This document shows positions 29,066 through 39,888 of a DNA stretch of 64,000 nt, piece after piece; positions within the stretch are counted from its first letter, which is position 1; every line of letters starts with the position of its first letter. The stretch covers positions 8,645 through 72,644 of the forward strand of contig PCYM01000010.1 in assembly GCA_002774875.1 (NCBI GenBank). The letters run 5' to 3'. The notes beneath the pieces were generated by a model. It worked only from the letters and a program-made list of their open reading frames with translations, was not told the DNA's origin and made no database searches. The translations under genes were made by a program, and so were the position numbers. The stretch comes from Candidatus Uhrbacteria bacterium CG10_big_fil_rev_8_21_14_0_10_50_16 (GTDB taxonomy: Bacteria; Patescibacteriota; Patescibacteriia; UBA9934; UBA11717).

Positions 29066-30508
29066 ATGGCTTCACCTATTGAACAAGCCATTCGACAAAT
29101 CGTCGAAGAAAAAGGACTCTCCTATGAGAGTGTGATGGAAACAATCGAGGCAGCCCTTTCGGCGGCTTTCAGAAAAGACTTTGGTCACAAATTACAAAAC
29201 ATCGAAGCGCAATTTAACACGGAAGATGGAAGCGTGAAGGTTTGGGATGTCAAAACAGTTGTGGAAGATCAGGAGGTCCCAGAGCTCGTGGAGGAACCCG
29301 AGGTACCAGAGGGACGCCGCGAACCACGCGAGGTGGTAGAGGAAGTGGACGCAGATGCTGAGCCAAAGTTCAATCCAAAAACGGAGGTCATGATAACGGT
29401 TGCGCAGCAAAAAAATCCCGATGCACAAATTGGAGATGTGATTCGAGAACCGTTGGAGGTCCCTGGTGAATTTGGTCGCATGGCCGCCATGACCGCCAAG
29501 CAGGTGATTACGCAGAAGCTCCGAGAAGCCGAGCGCGAGGTACTCTACAACGAGTATAAAGATCAAGAAGGTGAGGTGTTGATTGGGACCGTACAGCGTC
29601 GTGAAGGACGTGTGATTTTGGTCGACATTGGTCGTGGGACCGCGGTGATGCGCCCAGACGATCAAATCCCCGGAGAGCGATACAACTCGGGTGAGCGCAT
29701 CAAAGTCTTCTTGCGATCCGTAGATCTTGGAGTGCGTGGACCAGAAATTTTGGTATCGCGTACGGCGCCAGAACTTGTGTTGGAATTATTTAAAGTGGAA
29801 ATCCCCGAGATTGCCGATGGAACCGTGAAGATTGAATCTATTGCTCGTGAGGCCGGGTCTCGTTCCAAGGTAGCTGTGTCATGTGAGGATGAAGGTGTGG
29901 ATCCAATTGGTGCCTGCATTGGACAACGTGGCGCACGTATCCAGACCATTATCGCGGAACTTGGAAACGAGAAAGTAGACATTATTGAATTTGATACCGA
30001 TCCCGGTGTGTTTGTCATGAATGCGCTCGCACCCGCAAAAGTTTCTGGTGTGACCTTGGATGAGTCCGAGAAAATGGCAACGGTGACGGTTGCAGCGGAT
30101 CAATTGTCCTTGGCGATTGGTCGTGGAGGTCAAAACGTTCGCCTTGCTGCACGACTAACGGATTGGCGCATTAACGTTGCCGAGGAAGGTGGAGAGGTAA
30201 AGGGATCGAGTGAGGGAGCGGTGCGTACGCCGATCGCGGTTGTCAAACCTGCCGTTGTGGAAGCCGACGCGGAGGGAGCCTCCGAGGAAGTTGTGGATGC
30301 AGAAGCTGTTGAGGAAATAGAACAAGCAACCCTAACGGAAAGCCTGGATGAGCTTGCAGAAGCTGCGGATGATAACGACGATACAGCGGACCTAGAGGAT
30401 GAATCAGACGACGAGGCCGAGGAGGCACAGGCGGGACTTGAGGCGGACGAGCTTCCAACGGTAGAGATGGAAGAGTCAGACGAAGCGCACGAGGAGATTA
30501 CCGAGTAG
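29066..30508 (+). CDS. nusA: Transcription termination factor NusA with long acidic tail
   Basis: FGRMAAMTAKQVI, S1 and KH domains, AREAGSRSKVAV, LAIGRGGQNVRLAARLT. Confidence 0.97.
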   Translation: MASPIEQAIRQIVEEKGLSYESVMETIEAALSAAFRKDFGHKLQNIEAQFNTEDGSVKVWDVKTVVEDQEVPELVEEPEVPEGRREPREVVEEVDADAEPKFNPKTEVMITVAQQKNPDAQIGDVIREPLEVPGEFGRMAAMTAKQVITQKLREAEREVLYNEYKDQEGEVLIGTVQRREGRVILVDIGRGTAVMRPDDQIPGERYNSGERIKVFLRSVDLGVRGPEILVSRTAPELVLELFKVEIPEIADGTVKIESIAREAGSRSKVAVSCEDEGVDPIGACIGQRGARIQTIIAELGNEKVDIIEFDTDPGVFVMNALAPAKVSGVTLDESEKMATVTVAADQLSLAIGRGGQNVRLAARLTDWRINVAEEGGEVKGSSEGAVRTPIAVVKPAVVEADAEGASEEVVDAEAVEEIEQATLTESLDELAEAADDNDDTADLEDESDDEAEEAQAGLEADELPTVEMEESDEAHEEITE

Positions 30509-30509
30509 T

Positions 30510-31253
30510 ATGGGAAATCTTTTCTTTCTCATTCTTACACAACCGATATATAACGCACTCGTCTTTTTGTACGAGATGATTCCGGGGCAGGATCTTGGTG
30601 TCGCTATTGTTGTTCTTACTGTGTTGATTAAGTTGATTTTGTGGCCGTTTACAGGCAAATCACTTTCGTCGCAAAAGGCGATGCAGGAGTTACAGCCCAA
30701 AGTGGAAGAGGTAAAAGAGCAGTACAAGGACGACAAAGAGGGCCAGGCAAAGGCACTTATGGAGCTCTATAAAGAGGAAAAGGTGAACCCGTTTTCTTCT
30801 TGCTTGCCCATGGTGATTCAGCTGCCGGTGTTGCTAGCACTCTACAGTGTGTTGCGACAGTCTATTACAAATCCAGAATTTATTTCTAATTTGTATGCGT
30901 TTGTTCCTGCACCTGAGGTGATTAACAGTACGTTGTTTGGTTTTATGGATCTGCATGCACGTAGCATCCCACTCGCGATTTTGGCGGGTGCGGTGCAGTA
31001 TGTGCAAGCACGTCAGTTGCAGGTTAATCGACCACCAAAAGAGCTGGCAAAGAAGCCAGGCGCAAAGGATGAGTCTATGACGGCTGCCATGAGCAAATCA
31101 ATGCTCTACACCATGCCACTGGTGACGATTGTCTTTGGTGCATCATTGCCGGGTGGTGTGACGCTGTACTGGTTAACATCAAGTGTTGTAAGTGTGATTC
31201 AACAGTTCTACGTGTTTCGTGGAATGGAAAAATCAAAGGCCAAAAACAACTAG
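30510..31253 (+). CDS. yidC: Membrane protein insertase YidC/Oxa1 (short form)
   Basis: MQELQPK, LYKEEKVNPFSSCLP, LYW...QQ. Confidence 0.93.
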   Translation: MGNLFFLILTQPIYNALVFLYEMIPGQDLGVAIVVLTVLIKLILWPFTGKSLSSQKAMQELQPKVEEVKEQYKDDKEGQAKALMELYKEEKVNPFSSCLPMVIQLPVLLALYSVLRQSITNPEFISNLYAFVPAPEVINSTLFGFMDLHARSIPLAILAGAVQYVQARQLQVNRPPKELAKKPGAKDESMTAAMSKSMLYTMPLVTIVFGASLPGGVTLYWLTSSVVSVIQQFYVFRGMEKSKAKNN

Positions 31254-31254
31254 T

Positions 31255-32211
31255 ATGTCTTTGACTGTGGGACAACCACAGGAGGCAATCTTGCGCGACA
31301 TATTGCGCACGGTTGCCTTTTTTACATTGCGTGGACAGGCCGTGACACCCACGGATTGTTGGCGCTGGTTGTATTGTCCAACGCTGTCATGGACGCTTGG
31401 AGAGGTGATTGTGGCTGTGCGGTATGCGTGCGAACGGTCACTGCTTTCTCTAGAGAATGGTCGTGTTGTTTTGGTGGGCGAGGAAGCCGTATTTGCAACA
31501 CAGCAAACGCAATTTTCTGATGCAAACATCAAGTGGCGGATTGCACGTCGTGTGGCGTGGTGGGCGGCACTCATTCCAGGTGTGCGTTTAGTGGCGGTTG
31601 GCAATACCCTTGCGTGGGAGGCGACGCGTTCAGAAAGTGATATTGATTTGTTTGTGATTACGCGCTCAGGGTGCGTTTGGTTTGTACGTTTTTTGTGCGT
31701 GGTTCCTCTGATGATACGACGAGCACGACCCGGTGTGCGTAGACAGCATCCAATTGATTTTACGTTTTTTGTGGACCAAACACGGTTGGATCTTTCACGA
31801 CTGCGCATTCATCCAGACGATCCTTATTTGGCGTATTGGTTGACGTCACTCGTTCCGCTTGTGGACGACGGGGTGTTTGCGGAGTTTTGGGAGGCAAACG
31901 CTTGGGCACGTGAGACGCTTCCAAACGCGACGCCGGTGCGTGTTGCCTGGTATCGTCGAGTTAAGAATGGTCAAGCAATGGGTCAGTGGGTGTATTGGAT
32001 CGTTCAGATAACGGGTCTGATGTCCATCATGAACGGACTGGCAAAACGTCTGTCAGAACGCAGATTCCCCGAAGCGATCCGCACCAAAATGAATCACTCA
32101 ACAGACGTTGTGGTAAACGACACAATGCTCAAGTTTCATGTCGCGGATCAACGTCGACAAATTGTAAACGCGTGGAATCAACGATGCCAATCCTATGAAC
32201 TATTACCGTAA
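31255..32211 (+). CDS. Pol-beta-superfamily nucleotidyltransferase-domain protein
   Basis: VAVGNTLA...SESDIDLFVIT (G[S/N]-x-DxD). Confidence 0.75.
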   Translation: MSLTVGQPQEAILRDILRTVAFFTLRGQAVTPTDCWRWLYCPTLSWTLGEVIVAVRYACERSLLSLENGRVVLVGEEAVFATQQTQFSDANIKWRIARRVAWWAALIPGVRLVAVGNTLAWEATRSESDIDLFVITRSGCVWFVRFLCVVPLMIRRARPGVRRQHPIDFTFFVDQTRLDLSRLRIHPDDPYLAYWLTSLVPLVDDGVFAEFWEANAWARETLPNATPVRVAWYRRVKNGQAMGQWVYWIVQITGLMSIMNGLAKRLSERRFPEAIRTKMNHSTDVVVNDTMLKFHVADQRRQIVNAWNQRCQSYELLP

Positions 32212-33511
32212 CGTTCTCTTGTTTTTATTCCTTCTTGTACTGCCGTGGCAAACGCGATGGATTGTGCAGGATGTGTTGATGCAAAGTGAGGTGACGCAGT
32301 ATGGTCGGCTCAGTGTGTACGTGTTTGATGTGCTGCTTGTGGGATATCTTGCCGTCGTTCTTCCTGTGGTTGTACAGCAGACCCGCCGGTGGATGGATCT
32401 TTCGTTTGTGCGACGTGCTGCGTTGGGATGTTTTGGGGCGTTGGTTGTATGGAGTGTTGGTTCTATTTTTTGGAGTTTGGAGCCGCGTGTTGCAATCGTG
32501 GCCGCAGGACACTTGTTGCTTGCGGTGGGATTGTTTACGGCGATTGTGCTGGATCGGGATGCTTCTCCGGATGTTATTTTGGCGGGGATTGCGTTGGGTA
32601 TGATGGTGCCGTCACTATTTGGATGGATACAATCTGCCACACAGTCGATAGGTGCCTCAACACTTCTTGGAATCGCGGCGCAGGATCCTGCTGTTTTGGG
32701 CACGGCGGTTATTGAACAGACGCAGGGGCGGTGGTTGCGAGCCTATGGAAGTTTCCCGCACCCGAATATATTTGGAGGATTTTTGGCCGTGGGACTTGTG
32801 GCGGTTTTGGGGGTGATTGGCCGCGCACGGATGCAGATGTCGGAAACGTTGCTTTGGTGCGCCACAGTGGTGATAGCGGGAGCATTGATACTTACGGCCT
32901 CGCGTGGTGCCTGGTTGGCGGCGTTGCTGGGAGTAGTTGTATTGCTCATTGGATCGCGCATAAATAACGATCGGTTATTTTTACAACGTCTCAAAAAACC
33001 GGTCACGATCGCTCTTGTCGTGATGACGATTATGGTTGTATCGCTTGGGTCAATTCTTCTAACGCGGTTTGATGTGACGAATCGATTAGAAACACAGTCC
33101 GTGATAGAACGCGTGGATCAATGGGGAGATGTAGGAACGCTTGCGACACAAAATATCTCGTCATTTGTAGGGGGAGCCGGCATTGGGAATATGGTTTTCG
33201 CATTGGAAGAACGACAACCGCTACTTCATGCATGGACGTATCAACCTGCGCACAATGTGTTTGGGCTTGTGTTGGTTGAGCTTGGAGCTCTCGGCCTCTT
33301 GTTGTTGATCGGATTGATTGCAATGACAAACTGGTATCTGCCAAGATATTGGCGCCACACGAGTGTTCTCTTGGCCTGCTCGCTTGGAATCACCGTACTT
33401 GCACTGGCGTGCGTCGATCATTATCTTTGGACACAGCCGTCTGGTTTGTATTTACTCGCGATCTGTTTGGCCGTTATTCTGCGTTTGGGCGAGGAGGCAC
33501 GCTCACATTGA
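32195..33511 (+). CDS. O-antigen ligase (Wzy_C) family protein
   Basis: RAYGSFPHPNIFGGFL, LTASRGAW, QPAHNVF.LVLVELG, DHY. Confidence 0.88.
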   Translation: MNYYRNVLLFLFLLVLPWQTRWIVQDVLMQSEVTQYGRLSVYVFDVLLVGYLAVVLPVVVQQTRRWMDLSFVRRAALGCFGALVVWSVGSIFWSLEPRVAIVAAGHLLLAVGLFTAIVLDRDASPDVILAGIALGMMVPSLFGWIQSATQSIGASTLLGIAAQDPAVLGTAVIEQTQGRWLRAYGSFPHPNIFGGFLAVGLVAVLGVIGRARMQMSETLLWCATVVIAGALILTASRGAWLAALLGVVVLLIGSRINNDRLFLQRLKKPVTIALVVMTIMVVSLGSILLTRFDVTNRLETQSVIERVDQWGDVGTLATQNISSFVGGAGIGNMVFALEERQPLLHAWTYQPAHNVFGLVLVELGALGLLLLIGLIAMTNWYLPRYWRHTSVLLACSLGITVLALACVDHYLWTQPSGLYLLAICLAVILRLGEEARSH

Positions 33512-33561
33512 CGATCACGTAAGGGAACAGTAAGATAGCCACGAATTTATTCATAAAAGAA

Positions 33562-35470
<1,909 letters not shown>

Positions 35471-35473
35471 GAC

Positions 35474-35502
35474 AACGAGCCCACCATGGGCTCGTTTTTT
35501 TT
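35474..35502 (+). terminator. groESL terminator
   Basis: AACGAGCCCA-CCA-TGGGCTCGTT followed by a T run. Confidence 0.85.
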
Positions 35503-35512
35503 GTGGCGAAGA

Positions 35513-35707
35513 CCTTGATTGCTTCGCCGAACTCGCTCATCTTCAAACACATGCGTTTTGAGAAGACTCCGTATCAACTCCATCTTTCAAAACACACGTG
35601 TTCTTGGGGGTGAAGTCTAAATCAGATCAGGCCGAGAGCCATGACGGCCGAGATGATCAACAACATCATATAAGGAGTTACGTTCAAATCGCTACGATCG
35701 TAACAAA
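35513..35707 (-). repeat. Modular structured repeat unit
   Basis: Homologous to 907-1026, 24195-24222 and 28739-28817; internal inverted repeat CACATGCGTTTTGAGAAGA / TCTTTCAAAACACACGTG. Confidence 0.8.
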
Positions 35708-35736
35708 TCGCTTTTATCTGCTATACTCTATTGACT

Positions 35737-36820
35737 ATGACCATTGCCGAGCTTAAATCATGTAGCGCCCAACTTGCCAAATCTATAGCGCAAGCATGGG
35801 ACTCTCTTTGACCTGGATTCGCAGATACAGGAGCGAGATGCCTTGGAGGTCCAAATGTCCGAGCCTGGATTTTGGACAAATCCAGAACAGGCGCAAACGG
35901 TGGCGCGAGCATTTGGCGATAAAAAAAATGAGATTGAAACCTGGACCACGTTAAAAGACGATGTGGAATTTGTGCAGCTTATGCTCGAGGAGGGGAGCGA
36001 CGCGGGCGCAATCGAACAGAAATTACAAGAGATTCAAGCGCACTACGACGCGATTGAGCTGCAGCTCCTTTTTACAGGGGCCTACGATGCAGCGAACGCG
36101 ATCGTTTCGATTCACGCAGGTGCGGGAGGGGTTGATGCACAGGATTGGTCCGAGATGTTGTTACGCATGTATCTGCGGTTCTGTGAGCAACAGGGTTGGA
36201 AGACCACATTGATTGATGAGAGCCGTGGGAGTGAGGCAGGAATTAAATCAGCCACATTCCGTGTAGGGGGGACGCGCGTGTATGGACATCTCAAAACAGA
36301 GGCCGGTGTGCATCGCTTGGTGCGACAATCACCGTTTAATGCGGACGGGCTGCGGCAAACGAGTTTTGCGCTCGTGGACGTGTTACCGGAGATTGAACGC
36401 GACGAAGAAGTAGATCTAGACATGAAAGACGTACGTATTGATACGTTTCTCTCGAGCGGCAAGGGCGGGCAAAGCGTTAACACCACCTATTCTGCGGTAC
36501 GACTGGTACATGAACCGACGGGAATTACGGTGAGTTGCCAAAATGAGCGCTCACAAACGCAAAATAAGGAGACGGCGCTTAAAATCTTGCGTGGAAAGCT
36601 GTTACAACGTAAACTCGAGGCGCACGCACAGGAAATGGAATCCATTCGCGGTGAAGTGAGCTCGGCCGAATGGGGCAGTCAGATTCGTTCCTATGTGCTC
36701 CATCCATATCAACTCGTTAAGGATCATCGCACGCAGTTTGAAACATCAGATACGGAGGCGGTGTTAAATGGAGAGGTGTTACCTTTTATCAATGCACGAC
36801 TACGACAGTCACATAACTAA
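35737..36820 (+). CDS. prfB: Peptide chain release factor 2, programmed +1 frameshift at CTT TGA C (35806-35812)
   Basis: 24-codon leader MTIAELK...WDSL* then +1 frame DLDSQ...; SPF and GGQ motifs present. Confidence 0.96.
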
Positions 36821-36823
36821 CGT

Positions 36824-37744
36824 ATGGCAGCAGAAAAAGAACGTATTATTGTTACCGGTGGGTGTGGATTTATTGGTTCGCACTTGGTAAGTCGACTCCT
36901 ACAGGACGGTCACGAAGTTCTTGTGATCGATAATATGAGTACAGGAAAGGTGGAATATATTCAGGGGACCTGTGCCATTCAGAAGCTGGATGTGTGGGCC
37001 GATGGAAAAAAGATGACAAAAGCGTTTCAAAAATTCCGGCCAGATGTTGTGTTCCATCTTGCCGCGCAAAAAGTGGTCCAATCGAGCATGGAGAATCCTA
37101 TTTTAGATGCACAGGAGAACATTCTGGGTTCAATTAACGTGTTAGAGGCAATGCGTGCTGTGGGTGGTGGCCGTGTGGTTTTTGCGTCAACCGCCGCCGT
37201 GTATGATCCTGCTGCGCGCGTGCCGATTCAAGAAACCTCGCTCGTGCGACCGATCTCTCCCTATGGCGTGAGCAAACGATCTGCGGAGATGTACATGTGG
37301 GACTACTCAGAACACTATCCAATTGCCGCTATCTCACTTCGTTTTTCTAATGCGTATGGCCCTCGCGGAGTAAATGCGGTCAATACGTTTATTGAGTTGA
37401 TGTTAAAAGGAGAGGCTCCAACAATCTTTGGAACAGGAGAAAAGACACGAGATTTTATTTACGTCGACGATATTGTGGAAGCGTACTTGCGTGCCATGAA
37501 GACATCGTGGTGTGGAGAGTTAAATATTGCAACCGATACGGAGACATCGATCAAAGAACTGACGTCCCTTGTTGCAACAGCGGTTGGGAAGGAGATTAAT
37601 CCAATTTTTGCGGATGATCGAGAAGGAGAGATTTTCCGCAGCCGGTTAGATGCGACGCAGGCAAAGGAAGTATTAGGCTGGAGTGCAAAAGTGCGTGTCG
37701 CAGAAGGAATTGCAAAAACGGTTGAATGGTACAAGCAATCCTAA
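36824..37744 (+). CDS. NAD-dependent epimerase/dehydratase (GalE-like)
   Basis: VTGGCGFIGS, HLAAQ, SPYGVSK, YGPR, RDFIYV. Confidence 0.92.
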   Translation: MAAEKERIIVTGGCGFIGSHLVSRLLQDGHEVLVIDNMSTGKVEYIQGTCAIQKLDVWADGKKMTKAFQKFRPDVVFHLAAQKVVQSSMENPILDAQENILGSINVLEAMRAVGGGRVVFASTAAVYDPAARVPIQETSLVRPISPYGVSKRSAEMYMWDYSEHYPIAAISLRFSNAYGPRGVNAVNTFIELMLKGEAPTIFGTGEKTRDFIYVDDIVEAYLRAMKTSWCGELNIATDTETSIKELTSLVATAVGKEINPIFADDREGEIFRSRLDATQAKEVLGWSAKVRVAEGIAKTVEWYKQS

Positions 37745-38337
37745 TGGCTATGTCTGTTACAAAGGCGCAACTCGAGGAGGCAATTAGGCAACTCAAGCAA
37801 GGTGGCGTCGTTATTTTTCCGACAGAAACGTCTTATGGGATTGCCTGTGATGCAACAAATCACCAGGCGGTGGAGCGTGTGATGCGCATTAAACAGCGAT
37901 CCGATACAATGCCGATGGCGTTGATTATTGCCGATATGTCCATGGCGCAGTGGTGCGGTCAACTAGATCCTGCATTAGAGGAACTGGCAAAACGTCATTG
38001 GCCAGGTCCGTTGACAGTTGTTGTTCCAAACGCAAATAGGGACCTCTCACCGCTGTGTTTACGTGACGGAACCGTAGGTTTGCGTATCTCGAGTCATCCG
38101 ATCGCACATGCTCTTACAGAAGGCCTCGGAAAACCTATTGTTGCCACATCGGCCAATCGGTCTGGCTGCCCGTCTGCATACTCGGTTGCAGAAATACAGG
38201 AACAGTTTGCCAATCAACAAGATCAACCAGATCTTTACCTAGACGGAGGAACGCTAGAACCGTCACCGCCGTCTATGATTATCGAGTTAGTGAACGGGGA
38301 GATTGTGGTACATCGCCAAGGATCCTTTAAGCTCTAG
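37744..38337 (+). CDS. tsaC: Threonylcarbamoyl-AMP synthase (TsaC/Sua5)
   Basis: FPTETSYG, K.R, WPGPLT, TSANRSG. Confidence 0.94.
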   Translation: MAMSVTKAQLEEAIRQLKQGGVVIFPTETSYGIACDATNHQAVERVMRIKQRSDTMPMALIIADMSMAQWCGQLDPALEELAKRHWPGPLTVVVPNANRDLSPLCLRDGTVGLRISSHPIAHALTEGLGKPIVATSANRSGCPSAYSVAEIQEQFANQQDQPDLYLDGGTLEPSPPSMIIELVNGEIVVHRQGSFKL

Positions 38338-38338
38338 T

Positions 38339-39136
38339 ATGGAGGCAAAGAAATTTTTTGGACAACATTTTTTGCGTGATGACGCCGTGATCGCGGCGAT
38401 TGTTGAGGCCGCAGACGTTGCAGGCCTGCCTGTGTTGGAGGTGGGACCAGGCGAGGGTGTATTGACGGAGGTCCTTGTACAACAAGCTGCCCGTGTGGTG
38501 GCGGTGGATGTGGATACGGAGGCCATTGAGGCAACACGGGCGCGCATTGCAAGCACTAACCTTGAGCTGATTGAGCGCGATGTATTGGATGCACGTTTGG
38601 AAGATGTTCGAACCTTGTTCACAGAAGCGTTTGTTCTTGTTGGAAATCTTCCTTATAACATTACTTCTGATTTGTTACGTTGGATGCTGTCAGTGGGTCA
38701 TAAACCATTACGTGCCGTGATCATGGTACAAAAGGAGGTTGCCGACAGGCTGACGGCAGAGGCGGGCGATATGAGTCTCTTGGGACTTATGGTGCAGCTT
38801 TATGCGTCTGTTCAGCCGGTTGTGCAGGTTCCACGGACGGCGTTTGCGCCACCGCCAAAGGTGGATTCAGCCGTTGTACGATTAGACGTGTATACGCAAG
38901 AGGATCTAGACGCACATGGCGTGCGTAATCCAGAAAAATTGCTCAGTTTTGCCGGTGTCGCCTTCGCGCAAAAGCGGAAACAGCTCAAATCAACGCTTGG
39001 AACGCTGCCATCTATAACAATCAGCGCGCTCGAGGAGGCACTTCGTACACTCAGCCATCCGGCTACCGCGCGTCCACAAGAACTCTCGACCGACGAATGG
39101 ATCCGGCTCTACAATCTTTTGCATGAATATTGCTAA
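38339..39136 (+). CDS. rsmA: 16S rRNA dimethyltransferase RsmA/KsgA
   Basis: GQHFL, EVGPGEGVLT, NLPYNI, QKEVA, PPPKVDSAVV. Confidence 0.96.
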   Translation: MEAKKFFGQHFLRDDAVIAAIVEAADVAGLPVLEVGPGEGVLTEVLVQQAARVVAVDVDTEAIEATRARIASTNLELIERDVLDARLEDVRTLFTEAFVLVGNLPYNITSDLLRWMLSVGHKPLRAVIMVQKEVADRLTAEAGDMSLLGLMVQLYASVQPVVQVPRTAFAPPPKVDSAVVRLDVYTQEDLDAHGVRNPEKLLSFAGVAFAQKRKQLKSTLGTLPSITISALEEALRTLSHPATARPQELSTDEWIRLYNLLHEYC

Positions 39137-39213
39137 CGCTCCTCAATGCGAGGGGCGTATTATTTTCCACAGGGCAATGTGCGGTGTGCGTGCTATACTT
39201 ATGTGTGAAATCT

Positions 39214-39888
39214 ATGGCAACTCCCTCCTCACAACAACCCAAGAAGGGTTGGGCGGCCTATGCTCTTGAGCAGAAGGTCGGTCTTGTTATTTTTGGTGTG
39301 ACGGGTGTGGTTGGACTTATTTTGAGCATGGTGTTTATTGTGCAGGGAATCCGAGCACCGTTTATTGTGAGTTATTCCGGGGATCGATTTACGACTACGA
39401 GCGAGCGCAACGCGGAGGAAATTCAAAAACAGAAGACCACAGATACAGATGGTGATGGCATTAACGATTACGATGAGTTGAACGTGTTTCGAACAAGCCC
39501 GTACTTGGCGGACTCCGACTCGGATGGCTTTGACGATAATCAAGAGATTAAAAGTGGTAACGACCCTAACTGTCCCGTGGATCAAAACTGCGGTCGCGCG
39601 TCCGATGCGGGTGTCAATAATCCGTTGATCGCCTCCGACCTGACCGATAAGCTTCCGTTTGAAGAATCTGGGTTGAATACGCAGATCAACGACGCGGGTG
39701 ATGTAGAGAACCTGCTGGGTCAACTGACAAATGACGATATTCGTGCGGCACTTTTGCAACAGGGAATCGATCAAACAACCATCGATGCGTTGAGTGACGC
39801 TGAGATTCGCGACCTGTTTAACTCGGCCCTACAAGAATTAGCAGCGAGTGGTGCAATCAATGACATCCTCAAACAAGCAAAACAATGA
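39214..39888 (+). CDS. Membrane-anchored protein with DxDGDG (TSP3-like Ca-binding) repeats
   Basis: One TM; DTDGDGINDYDE, DSDSDGFDDNQE, DPNCP; overlaps the start of the giant gene. Confidence 0.8.
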   Translation: MATPSSQQPKKGWAAYALEQKVGLVIFGVTGVVGLILSMVFIVQGIRAPFIVSYSGDRFTTTSERNAEEIQKQKTTDTDGDGINDYDELNVFRTSPYLADSDSDGFDDNQEIKSGNDPNCPVDQNCGRASDAGVNNPLIASDLTDKLPFEESGLNTQINDAGDVENLLGQLTNDDIRAALLQQGIDQTTIDALSDAEIRDLFNSALQELAASGAINDILKQAKQ

